Positions 52,989 through 62,553 of a DNA stretch of 64,000 nucleotides are shown here, piece by piece; the first letter of the stretch is position 1; each line of letters opens with the position of its first letter. The notes beneath the pieces were generated by a model. The model saw only the letters and a program-made list of their open reading frames with translations. It was not told the origin of the DNA and did not search any database. Source of the stretch: Chloroflexota bacterium (lineage in GTDB: Bacteria; Chloroflexota; UBA11872; VXOZ01); contig OY760183.1 in assembly GCA_963663275.1 (NCBI GenBank), positions 480,001-544,000 of the forward strand, written 5' to 3'. Position numbers and translations under genes: made by a program.

Positions 52989-53337
52989 GCGACGTACACC
53001 CCTCTTTCGGGCGGTTCGCGAAGCCGCCCCTACATCAGGCGGTTCGTGAAGCCGCCCCTACATCAACGTAATCCGTAAATCCGTAGTGTACAGATTACTC
53101 GCTGCGGCGGGTTGTGTCTACCCTCTGAACGACCGCGCTCAAGGGCGCGGCGCCGGAAACGGACCGCGCGGCCCGCCGCGCCCGCGCCGTAACCCTCGTC
53201 TCCACCTCACGCCGGGCGGCAAGCGCGGTACGTACGCGCAAAGGCGCCGCGCCCGCGGCAATTGGGAAGAACACAACCCCTTGGCGCGCGTAGCAGGCCC
53301 CAACGATGCGCCCGGGCGCGCGTTATGAGAAAAGCAA

Positions 53338-53360
53338 ACACCCGCCCAAGCGGCGGGTGT
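53338..53360. terminator. Hairpin downstream of the protease/small-ORF pair
   Basis: ACACCCGC-CCAAGCG-GCGGGTGT with a T-rich tail on the minus strand. Confidence 0.55.
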
Positions 53361-53421
53361 CTCTCTTCGGCAAGCCCCACGGCATCCGCCGGGGCAGATA
53401 CCGCATAAACAGAGGCACGGG

Positions 53422-53610
53422 TCACTGCATACGCACGGGCTTGATCTTGCCCTCTACCTGTACAAGCCGCACTCTCACCTTCTCTTTAGCCACCGCCTTT
53501 TCCGGCTTTACAGTGTCACTGGAACTGCCACTGCGCCATCCATCACGGGGCAGCCGTTCCCTGTCCTTGACTTGTCTTTCTACGCCATTTCGGTCGCTGT
53601 CATACATCAT
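53422..53610 (-). CDS. Small basic hypothetical protein (62 aa) overlapping the protease stop
   Basis: ATG overlaps the 3' end of the upstream gene; same lower-GC segment. Confidence 0.45.
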   Translation of the reverse strand: MMYDSDRNGVERQVKDRERLPRDGWRSGSSSDTVKPEKAVAKEKVRVRLVQVEGKIKPVRMQ

Positions 53611-54622
53611 CGCCAAATCCTGTGTGCCGATGCTGCAACTGCGGCTCATTCAGAACGTCGAAGCCTCCTCCTTTCGTCACTATAGCAACGTGAGTCCGTC
53701 CACCAACTGTTGCCACTCCGGGCGCAAACCTTGACTTGCCGGATTGAAGATTCACCAAGAACGCAACAAAGTCTATCGCACTCTGCAACGGCAAGTTCCC
53801 ATAGGAAAACTCAACCTTCATGTCGTCCCATGGAGGACTCACCTCCAGTTTCAATGGTAACACAGTATCAACACCAGAAGGCAACGTGGCGCCAAGTTGA
53901 GCAAGCACGTCGTCGAGAATCTTCGCCATTGCGCCTGTCATCTGCTGATAGTGCTCGTCAATCATCTGCTCGAGATAACGCTCAATCGCCATTCTCAAAG
54001 TGCTGTCATAGCCTCGTATCAACCGCTCAATGCCATCTGCCTGACCATCCCATGCAATACCGAAACTACCTTTGGTCAATTGCTCGTAAACCTTGTTGGC
54101 GCGAACGTCCACACGAAATACTGACGGCAGTTCGTCCATAGCGCCATAGCCCCCAATGAGAAAGTGCGGACCGTCCCAGTATTCTTCTGGAAGCGATGAG
54201 TCCTTGTAGTGTTCCGTGAATTGCTTCCTCATGAACCGTAAGAATTCGTTGGAGATAGTCTGGACATTGACTAAGGGCTTTTGTTTCTGCTTTTGCTGGC
54301 CAAGAAACTCCTCACTGTAGCTCTTCATCGTCCTATTGTTGAGTCGTGCGACGCCCGCTGTTACCGCAGCCACAGAGGCGCTCCCCTCGTAGAGTTGGAA
54401 CAGCTTTGTAACTCCCGCCCATGCATTAGTGACCACCGGCCGAATTCTAGACGGGTCAAGTGCAACGAGCTTGTGACCATCGCTGCTCTGTAGGGGGTTA
54501 CCTTCTTCGTCCTCGACACCGTCCAACTCGAAAGGATCGATTACATATTCAACACTGCTGGCAATGCTATCACAGCCAAGTACCAGGCCTTCGCTGGTAG
54601 CGAGCGCGATGTTTATAGTCAT
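53600..54622 (-). CDS. Proteasome-beta-like Ntn-hydrolase (Thr protease fold)
   Basis: M-T1-INIALATSEGLVLGC-D17-S, TKLF, FLIGGY, TVGG..HVAIVT; RBS GGAG. Confidence 0.75.
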   Translation of the reverse strand: MTINIALATSEGLVLGCDSIASSVEYVIDPFELDGVEDEEGNPLQSSDGHKLVALDPSRIRPVVTNAWAGVTKLFQLYEGSASVAAVTAGVARLNNRTMKSYSEEFLGQQKQKQKPLVNVQTISNEFLRFMRKQFTEHYKDSSLPEEYWDGPHFLIGGYGAMDELPSVFRVDVRANKVYEQLTKGSFGIAWDGQADGIERLIRGYDSTLRMAIERYLEQMIDEHYQQMTGAMAKILDDVLAQLGATLPSGVDTVLPLKLEVSPPWDDMKVEFSYGNLPLQSAIDFVAFLVNLQSGKSRFAPGVATVGGRTHVAIVTKGGGFDVLNEPQLQHRHTGFGDDV

Positions 54623-54889
54623 GCGTTGCTCCGATACAGTCCGAATCAGCCCAATGAAGCAAGTATACAACTACGCTAGCTGAAAATGAACGCATCACCC
54701 TAGGTCAGCGTTCTTGACCCCTCTAAAGGTTTACAACGCACAAACGGGAAAAGGCTCACACCTATGCGAACTCACAGAGCAGCGACATGTGTCAAGTCTA
54801 GTATCCCAAGACCATAGGCACGAAACTGGTATACTCCTCTCATGAACTTGGACAGTCGCTCTTTCCGTCACCCAGGAGGTTAGTCCACC

Positions 54890-56635
54890 GTGGGCATGCT
54901 CGTTCTCACCCAGCCGGGTAACCGCGCGAACACCTATGGGCCGTACACGGCCGCCGTGTTGAAAGCGGAGGGTTTCGCGGACTTCAACACGCGGCCCATC
55001 GGACAAGAGGCGTTGGCGGGGCTGGAATCCTACGACGCGGTGATTCTCACGCCCAGCCTGCCGCGCCGCGCCGACATCCAGCGCATCGTCAGCTACGTCA
55101 AGACCGGCGGCCGCCTCATCGCGCTGCGCCCCTCGCGGTTGTTGGCGCTGGAACTGGGCCTCGCGCCCACGGACACCGTGGCCTATCCGGCCTACGCGCG
55201 GCCGCTGCCGGGCAATCCCATCAGCAACGGCGTGCCGCATGAGTCGATCCAGACCCACGTGCCCGCCGACAACTACGAGCCGTTGCAACTCCCTGAAAGC
55301 GCGCGCGAGATCGCCAGGATCTACGTCGACGCCGACGTTGAAACCTCCTATGCCGCCGTTCTCCACTTCCCCTTGGGCCGGGGGCAGGTAGTGGCGTTCG
55401 GCTACGACCTGCCGCAGGCCGTGGCGCTCATTCGCCAGGGCAATCCCATCCATTTCGGCTCGCGCACCCTGGGGTTTGGCGGGCCGTACCGTCCCAACGA
55501 GTTCTTCAGCAGCCACCTGGATCCGCGCCGGATGCATCTGCCGCAGGCCGACGTGCACGCCATGCTGCTCGGCAACGCGATCAACACCATTGCCAAGAAC
55601 CCGCAGCCCCGCCTCTGGTACTACGATTCTCCCGAAACCAAGAGCATGGTGGTCCTGGATTCCGACGACGACTACTCGCCGCTGGAAGCGTTCGAGGCGC
55701 TCATGAACGCGGCGGAAGCCCACAACGGCCACGTCACCATCTACCTCATGCTCGGCCCTTCCAAGTACACCATCGCCACGCCGGAGCGGGTGGAAGGCTG
55801 GCGCGCCCGGGGCCACTCCTTCGGCATCCACCACAACGCCTTCGATCCCCAGTACGTCAACGAAGAGCAGGACGCCGTGATGGAAGAGATCGTGCGGCGC
55901 GACACCGACTACTTCCGGGAGCACTACGGCGGCGAAACCGTCATCGCCAACCGCAATCACTGCCTGGGCTGGAAAGGCTACGTGGACTTGCCCCGCATCT
56001 ACGCGGACGTGGGCGTGGTGCTGGATACCAACGTGCTCAGCATTCACGACCAGTGGCTCCAGTACACCACCGGCTCCGGGCATCCCGGCAAGTTCGTGGA
56101 TACCGACGGCGAGATCATCGAGGTGTTCGGGCAACTCACCCAGGCCTACGACGACGCCTCGGTGAAGGCCAAGCTCTCGTCGGACCCGGTGGGCGAGGCC
56201 AAGCGCACGCGCCAGGTGATGGTGGATAAGAAGGAGCGCTACTTCAGTCCGCTCACCATGCTTTCGCATCCGGTTTCGTTCTATACCTACAGCGGCGCGT
56301 ACATGAACCAGTGCTGGGACAACGCCAACGAACTCGGCCTGCCGATCTGGAGCGCGTTCGAGTGGGCGGCGTTCGTGCGCGCCCGCGACCGGGCGCAGGT
56401 TTCGCAGAGCGCCTGGGAAGACAGCGGTTTCTCCTGCACGGTCTCCGGCAGTTCGCCCAGCGGCAGCTTTACGCTGATGGTGCCGCTGCAAAACGGCGAG
56501 ACGCCCCGCGCCACCGTGGACGGCGAACCGGTGGACGTGACGCTGCAAGAGGCCTACGGCTGGACCTATGCCCTGGCCCCGGTGCCCATCAGCAACAACG
56601 GCGCCGAAACGCGGCACGTAGCCCTGCAAACGTGA
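54890..56635 (+). CDS. Hypothetical protein: GATase-like N-domain plus polysaccharide-deacetylase-like barrel
   Basis: YVKTGG.LI, DSDDD, G.HH, RNHCLGW, LDTN; RBS GGAGG. Confidence 0.6.
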   Translation: MGMLVLTQPGNRANTYGPYTAAVLKAEGFADFNTRPIGQEALAGLESYDAVILTPSLPRRADIQRIVSYVKTGGRLIALRPSRLLALELGLAPTDTVAYPAYARPLPGNPISNGVPHESIQTHVPADNYEPLQLPESAREIARIYVDADVETSYAAVLHFPLGRGQVVAFGYDLPQAVALIRQGNPIHFGSRTLGFGGPYRPNEFFSSHLDPRRMHLPQADVHAMLLGNAINTIAKNPQPRLWYYDSPETKSMVVLDSDDDYSPLEAFEALMNAAEAHNGHVTIYLMLGPSKYTIATPERVEGWRARGHSFGIHHNAFDPQYVNEEQDAVMEEIVRRDTDYFREHYGGETVIANRNHCLGWKGYVDLPRIYADVGVVLDTNVLSIHDQWLQYTTGSGHPGKFVDTDGEIIEVFGQLTQAYDDASVKAKLSSDPVGEAKRTRQVMVDKKERYFSPLTMLSHPVSFYTYSGAYMNQCWDNANELGLPIWSAFEWAAFVRARDRAQVSQSAWEDSGFSCTVSGSSPSGSFTLMVPLQNGETPRATVDGEPVDVTLQEAYGWTYALAPVPISNNGAETRHVALQT

Positions 56636-56712
56636 TAGACTTTGCAATGCAAGCCGCGCCGACAGTGCACGTATGTTTGCCGAACTGAACGGAGTAGTGA
56701 GGAGATTTCCCA

Positions 56713-57930
56713 ATGGAATTGACCGGAGAAGAACGAGACCTGCTGCAGAACGCCAAACGCCAGTTTCCGTTTCCCATCCTGGGCGGCTGGTACACGGAAG
56801 CCGAAGTAGACGCCATCAACGCCAGCCTGCGCGAGAGCATGGACTGGACAATCGGCTTTCACGGCCCGGAGATTACGCAGTTCGAGCAAGCGTTCGCCGA
56901 GTACTGCGACGTGAAGCACGCGCTGGCGGTGAATTCCTGCGGCACCGGCCTGGACGCGGCCATTCACGCCCTGCAACTCGGCCCGGAAGACGAGGTAATC
57001 GTGCCGGGCATCACGTTCAAGGCCACGTCGCTCTGCGTGCTCGGCGTGGGCGCCAAGGTGGTGCTGGCGGAGATCGATCCGGCCACGTTCAACATCGACC
57101 CCAACGACGTGGAACGCCGCATGACGCCCAATACCCGCGCAATCCTGGCCGTGCACAACAATGGCCTCTCCGCCGACGTGGACGCGCTGGAAGACATCGC
57201 CCAGCGGCATCCGCATCCCGTCCACGGCCCGCCGCCGGTGCTCTGCGACGCGGCCCGCGCCGTCGGCGCGGGCTACAAGGGCACCAAGGTCGGCAAGAAA
57301 GGCGCCATGAACATCTTCAGCTTCCAGACCAGCAAGAACATGACGACGCTGGGCGAGGGCGGCATGGTCACCACGGACGATGACGACTACGCCAATTTCG
57401 TGAACAGCATGCGCTCGTTTGGCAGCGCGCTGGACGGCTGGGGCACCAACTTCCGCATGACCAAACTGCAAGCGGTGGCCGGTTCCATTCAGGTCACGCG
57501 CCTGGACGAGATGAACGACGCCCGCCGCCAGCGCGTGGCCGATTTCGTCGAACTGATCGAGGACATCCCCGGCCTCATCCTGCCCATCGAACCGGAGGGC
57601 TACCACCACGTGTGGTACGGCTATACGCTTATGCTCGACGAGGAATGGGCCGGCGATCCGCGCGACAAGATGGCCGACCGCCTCATCGGCGAGCACGGCG
57701 TCGGCACCTGGATCATGAACGCCTCCTTGCCGGACTACGTCGGCTACATGGTGCGGCTGGGCCACAGTCCGGAAGACGTGCCGGTCTCCACCGACGCCGG
57801 CCGCCGCCTCTTCTGCCCGGCGATCCATCCGCTGATGACCGACGAAGACCTGCGCTACGTGGCCGCGGCCATCAAGGAGAGCATGAACACCGTGGCGGCG
57901 GACATGCGCCTGCCGGTGGCGGTGGGATAG
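56713..57930 (+). CDS. DegT/DnrJ/EryC1/StrS family PLP aminotransferase
   Basis: FEQAFA, NSCGTGL, DAARAVG, SFQTSKNMTT.GEGG, NFRMT. Confidence 0.92.
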   Translation: MELTGEERDLLQNAKRQFPFPILGGWYTEAEVDAINASLRESMDWTIGFHGPEITQFEQAFAEYCDVKHALAVNSCGTGLDAAIHALQLGPEDEVIVPGITFKATSLCVLGVGAKVVLAEIDPATFNIDPNDVERRMTPNTRAILAVHNNGLSADVDALEDIAQRHPHPVHGPPPVLCDAARAVGAGYKGTKVGKKGAMNIFSFQTSKNMTTLGEGGMVTTDDDDYANFVNSMRSFGSALDGWGTNFRMTKLQAVAGSIQVTRLDEMNDARRQRVADFVELIEDIPGLILPIEPEGYHHVWYGYTLMLDEEWAGDPRDKMADRLIGEHGVGTWIMNASLPDYVGYMVRLGHSPEDVPVSTDAGRRLFCPAIHPLMTDEDLRYVAAAIKESMNTVAADMRLPVAVG

Positions 57931-58143
57931 GACTGGCAGCATCCGACTTGCGACGAATTGCGGGCAGCCTGTGGTAGGAGACTTGCAAGCGACGCCAGCC
58001 TCAGAGCGCCGGGCGTGCCCGGTGGCGCGGAACGACTGCGCGTGTGTTGCGGTGTAGACGCCGTGGGCATTGAAACATGCGGTTGAGCGGCCGGTTGGAT
58101 TGGCATCGCCGCGCGTTGGCGCGGCCTGCGTGGAGTCAGGCGG

Positions 58144-58569
58144 ATGCTCCTCAGATTTCTCAATCGGCTCTTCTCTTCGTCCAACGACAGTGTCGATTTG
58201 CGGCAGTCACAGGCGCGTCCGCGGGACGGCCAAGTCCTTGACGACAGTGCTTGGCCTGGCGAGCAGGATGATCTTGAGGGCTTATGGAACGACGAGGAGG
58301 AAGATGACGCCGGCGAAAACGTGCTTGGATTCGGAGAAGAGAGTGATTGGGACGAGTATGGAGACGAGATTGCAAGCGCAGCGGCGTTTGCATCCTGGCA
58401 AGAAGAGCCTGGAAATAGCCGGGATTGGGATGAGGATGAAGCGGACTTGGCGGCAGAGGTAGAAGAGCCTCACCTGTACGCTGATCGCTGGGAAGACTGG
58501 GCGGCAGTGGATGAAGTAGAGGACGATGCGTCCTATCAGTGGAGTGAGGATGAAGAGGAAGAGTATTGA
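58144..58569 (+). CDS. Highly acidic low-complexity hypothetical protein
   Basis: Dominated by D/E with spaced Trp; GGAG upstream. Confidence 0.55.
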   Translation: MLLRFLNRLFSSSNDSVDLRQSQARPRDGQVLDDSAWPGEQDDLEGLWNDEEEDDAGENVLGFGEESDWDEYGDEIASAAAFASWQEEPGNSRDWDEDEADLAAEVEEPHLYADRWEDWAAVDEVEDDASYQWSEDEEEEY

Positions 58570-58699
58570 GGTGTCTACTTCCAAGATAGGGGCTTAGCGC
58601 GGTTTCGCTCCTGCTAATCCGCTCCTAGTGAGCGCGAGCAAGCGCGATGCTTGACCTGAAATTTGGTTGTGTCGTAGTCGCATAAGGATGTGAGCCGGT

Positions 58700-59812
58700 A
58701 TGAAGAAAGCAATCGTTCACCCGCTGCGGTTCGTGGTCGGGCCGGGAGTGGTTAGCGACGTGGGCGCTCATGCCGCGGCGCTGGGCAGCAAGGCGCTCAT
58801 CGTCGGCGGCGGCCGGGCCGTTGCCGCCATACAGGATACCGTCACCGGCGCGCTCGACCAGCACGGCATCCCGTACCACGTCGAGCACGGCAAGCACGTC
58901 GATAAGAACCGGCCGGCCGTGGACGCGCTGGTGGCCAAGGGCAAAGAGCTTGGCGCCGACGTGGTCATCGGCGCGGGCGGCGGGCGCGTGGTAGACGCGG
59001 CCAAGGCCATCGCCCACGAGATGGGCGCGTGGCTCATCAGCCTGCCCACCGTTGCTTCCACCAACGCCACCGCCACCTTCAGCGCCAGCATCGAAGGCGA
59101 CGCCGACCGCAACGTCTGGTACGTCGGCCCCCATACCGTCATCGCCGACACCCGCGTCATCGCCCAGGGCGGCGGCCGCTGGCTGGCGGCCGGCATGGCC
59201 GACGCCCTGCCCACCTGGACCGGCGGCCGCATCGCCCGCGAACTGCGCCAGCGCAGCGGCACCGAGCGCATGCTCGGCTTCGACAACGTCTTTCCCACCG
59301 GCGCGGCCATCGCCATCGCGGAGTGGACCTACGATACGATTCTCGGTTACGGCGAATCGGCCTACCACGCCTGCGAGCGCGGCGTGGCCACGGAAGCGGT
59401 GGACAAGGTGGTGGAAGCGATCGTCTACGGCGGCGGCGTGGCCGGCCCGGCCTGCGGCGTGGTGGGCGGCGAGCACGGGCTGCACCCCGGCAACTCCAAG
59501 CACGCCAGCATCGAGGGCGTGCACGGCGAGCAGGTGGCGTTCGGCATTCTCATTTCGGTCGCGCTCATGCAGCAAGGGGAAGCCGAGGTGCGCAAGCTGA
59601 TCCGCTTCAACCAGTCGGTCAACCTGCCTTCCACGTTCGCCGACTTCGGCGTGCAGAACGCCAACCGCGGCCTGGTGCGCGAGATTGCCGAGGAAATCCT
59701 GGGCCCGGGCGGCAAAAGCACCTTCGGCCTCTGGTACGAGGTGGACGTGGACCTGCTCACCGACGTAATGGTGGACGTAGACCGCATGGCGCAGGAGGAA
59801 CAAGGCCGGTAG
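58700..59812 (+). CDS. Glycerol dehydrogenase-like metal-dependent alcohol dehydrogenase
   Basis: GAGGGRVVDAAK, PTVAST, GMADAL, EHGLH, HGEQVAFG. Confidence 0.85.
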   Translation: MKKAIVHPLRFVVGPGVVSDVGAHAAALGSKALIVGGGRAVAAIQDTVTGALDQHGIPYHVEHGKHVDKNRPAVDALVAKGKELGADVVIGAGGGRVVDAAKAIAHEMGAWLISLPTVASTNATATFSASIEGDADRNVWYVGPHTVIADTRVIAQGGGRWLAAGMADALPTWTGGRIARELRQRSGTERMLGFDNVFPTGAAIAIAEWTYDTILGYGESAYHACERGVATEAVDKVVEAIVYGGGVAGPACGVVGGEHGLHPGNSKHASIEGVHGEQVAFGILISVALMQQGEAEVRKLIRFNQSVNLPSTFADFGVQNANRGLVREIAEEILGPGGKSTFGLWYEVDVDLLTDVMVDVDRMAQEEQGR

Positions 59813-60073
59813 CGTTTGTTCCCGACTATAGAGACTTGGCGGCAGATCGGAAAACACGCGCGCCGGTTCGGTCCCTGTAGCGCGGGGTCTTGTGCCCCGC
59901 TACCATTGGAGACGTAGCGCGGGGGCTTGCCCCTCGCCGCTGTCGGGGACGTAGCGCGGGGGCTTGTCCCCCGCCGGAGCAGGAAAGCAGGAGCGAGGAC
60001 TGCATCCAGTGCGATGCGCCCGCTGGCATCTGAATGATTGACGATCGCAGAAGTACGCAAAGGATCGAGACCA

Positions 60074-60958
60074 ATGGCCGCTAAACCGCTCTACGTCATC
60101 TTCACGCAGGACTGCGAACAGCTCATGGACGATTCGCTGCACGGCGGGCCGGAGGTCTGGAGCATCAGCGAGCGGTCGGTCACGGGCTTTGCCGACACGT
60201 TGGAGGGGTACGGCCTGAGCGCCACGTTCTTCATCGTGGCTCAGACCGCGGCGGCGCAACCCGCGCTCTACCACGACCTGGAAGAACGCGGCTTCGAGAT
60301 CGGCCTGCACATCCATCCGCAGGACACCGGGCTTGGCTACACCGACTATCTCGGCGGGCATACGTTCGAAGAACAGGTGCAGATGTTCGACACGGTAGCC
60401 GACCAGTGGGCCGACGCCATCGGCAAGCGCCCGACCACCTTCCGGGGCGGCAATTTCTCCGCCAACGACCAGACCTATCCCGCGCTCGTCGCCACCGGCT
60501 TTACCCACGGCAGCGTCTCCTCGCCGGGCCGCCAGTACGACATGGCCAAGGCCATCTGGCAATGCGCCGTGCCCTACGCCCATTACGCCCACAAGGCCAA
60601 CCGCCTCTTTCCCGGCGACCTGGACTTCTACGAAATCCCGCTCACGTGCGACCAGGTGCGGCGGCGCGCCCCGCATCTGCCCATGGAACTGCGCATCGAG
60701 GGCGGCGACGGCGAGACCCACCGGCAGACCATCCGCCAGGCCTGGGCGGACATGGCGGATTACCCCGACGACGCTCCCAGGATCATCATGCCGTTCACCC
60801 ACAACACGCACTTCTACGATGACACTAACGGCGAGAAACGGCAGGCGCTCGACGCGATCGTGGATGAAATCAACAGCATTGCCGGCGAAGAGGGCTACAC
60901 AGTCGTCGGCGGCACCATCGGCAGCGTCTACGCGGCGGTAGAAGGGGTCCGCAATTAA
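60074..60958 (+). CDS. Polysaccharide deacetylase family protein
   Basis: FTQDCE, ATFF, EIGLHIHP, FRGG. Confidence 0.8.
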   Translation: MAAKPLYVIFTQDCEQLMDDSLHGGPEVWSISERSVTGFADTLEGYGLSATFFIVAQTAAAQPALYHDLEERGFEIGLHIHPQDTGLGYTDYLGGHTFEEQVQMFDTVADQWADAIGKRPTTFRGGNFSANDQTYPALVATGFTHGSVSSPGRQYDMAKAIWQCAVPYAHYAHKANRLFPGDLDFYEIPLTCDQVRRRAPHLPMELRIEGGDGETHRQTIRQAWADMADYPDDAPRIIMPFTHNTHFYDDTNGEKRQALDAIVDEINSIAGEEGYTVVGGTIGSVYAAVEGVRN

Positions 60959-60994
60959 GCGGCATCAGTCTGTAGCACACAGGAGGAATCTCCC

Positions 60995-62032
60995 ATGCGG
61001 CAGGTAGTTCAATCAGGCACGCCCCACGAGATGGGTCTCCAGCACGGCGCCGCGTTCGCGGACATCATCCCGGTGGCCGTAAAGCGCTTTGCGCTCGATC
61101 GCGGCTGGAATACGGCGCACGGGAGGCGCGTGCTGCGGCAGGTGGAACGCAATCTGGAGCGCGTCTTCCCGGAATCGCTGGAAGAACTCCACGCCATCGC
61201 CGCCGCCGCCAACGTGAATTTCGACGACCTCTTTGCCTACAACGCCTGCCAGGAAATCAGTCGCTCCCGCGTGGAGTGCACCAACGTGGCGCTGGCGGAA
61301 ACCTCACACGGCACGATCCACTTCAAGTCCAACGACGTGGACGCCGACATGAAGCAGTTCCACGTCCTGCAAGAGACGCATCCCGACAAGGGCCACTCTT
61401 TCATCGGCGTGAGTTACGCCGGTACTACTTGGCTGAACGCGGGCGTGAACGAGGCGGGCCTCACCTACGGCGGCAGCAGCATTCCCAACAACGACAGCGA
61501 TTGGGAGGGGATTCCGTCGAATACCCTCTTGCGCTACCTGCTGCAATTCGCCGACAGCGTAGACGCGGTGGCCGACCTGGTGGCGCGCACGCCCATCATG
61601 AACCACGGCCTGAACCTGATGTTCACCGATCCGTCCGGCGCGGCCATCGTGGTGGAACGCTCCCCCACGCGCATGGCGGTGCGACGCATGGAGAGCCACA
61701 CCATCTGGAATACGAACCACTTCCTGACCGCTGAGATGCAGCCGGTGTTGAAAGACGACGGCGGCGCGGCCGCGCAGAACAGCCGCGACCGCTTCACCGT
61801 GCTCGAGCGCCTGACCGCCAAGCAGCCCCACTCGCTGGAGCAACTGAAGCAAATCGCCCGCACCCACACGGAACCCGCCGACATCTGCCGCCACGGCCCG
61901 CTGGCCCACAGCATCATGGGCTACATCATGATCGCGCGGGAACGCAGCCTGCTCGTAAGCGCCGGCTACCCCTGCGAGAACGAGTTCGAGGCGTTTACGT
62001 TCACGCGCACACCGGCGGCAATAACGACCTGA
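60995..62032 (+). CDS. Peptidase C45 / acyl-CoA:6-APA acyltransferase family (Cys Ntn-hydrolase)
   Basis: GTPHEMG.QHG, E-C-T autoprocessing site, GVNEAGL, TNHF, NS.DR. Confidence 0.85.
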   Translation: MRQVVQSGTPHEMGLQHGAAFADIIPVAVKRFALDRGWNTAHGRRVLRQVERNLERVFPESLEELHAIAAAANVNFDDLFAYNACQEISRSRVECTNVALAETSHGTIHFKSNDVDADMKQFHVLQETHPDKGHSFIGVSYAGTTWLNAGVNEAGLTYGGSSIPNNDSDWEGIPSNTLLRYLLQFADSVDAVADLVARTPIMNHGLNLMFTDPSGAAIVVERSPTRMAVRRMESHTIWNTNHFLTAEMQPVLKDDGGAAAQNSRDRFTVLERLTAKQPHSLEQLKQIARTHTEPADICRHGPLAHSIMGYIMIARERSLLVSAGYPCENEFEAFTFTRTPAAITT

Positions 62033-62172
62033 GAAGCTGAATAGGCAACGAGCCACCGGCGCAAGCGCCCTGCGGCGGCCGTTGCCGTTACGACGGGAAT
62101 TGTAGGCATCGACTGCGCTGAGGCACCGGAAAGTATCGGAGCCGGTGGTGTCAACGTGCCGCCGGCTCGCGC

Positions 62173-62373
62173 TTATTGACCAATTGGCAATAGCTGCAAC
62201 AAGACTTGCAGGATGCTCGTGATGGCAATCACCGCAAAGAGACCGATGCTTATCGTCCACTTCAGGGTGCTAAGTTCACCCCGCAGTTCAGCGATGTCCG
62301 CTTTCGTGGCGAAGCTCTCGAGCCGTTCCTCGATGTGAGCCAGCCGCTCTTCTACTGAAGACGTAGCTACCAT
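62173..62373 (-). CDS. Small coiled-coil membrane-anchored protein (DUF1640/CCDC90-like)
   Basis: FATKADIAELRGEL...LKW followed by a C-terminal TM helix. Confidence 0.7.
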   Translation of the reverse strand: MVATSSVEERLAHIEERLESFATKADIAELRGELSTLKWTISIGLFAVIAITSILQVLLQLLPIGQ

Positions 62374-62553
62374 GGCGCACCTTCTTTACTGCTGCCTATC
62401 GTACCATGTCAAGTAGGAGAAGTGTTATACTGCTCCCACTTATTGCAGCGACACACCGAAGACGTGTTGACAGTCGGGGAGTATTGCATGATTTCCCCAT
62501 TGCTTGGATTGCGGCAACCATCGCAATGACCCTTCCGATATGATAGTCACACT

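Noticed and set aside
53600-54622. Calling this gene prcB or hslV
   Set aside because: It has large insertions, no propeptide, no prcA or hslU neighbour and atypical composition; only the fold-level call is supported.
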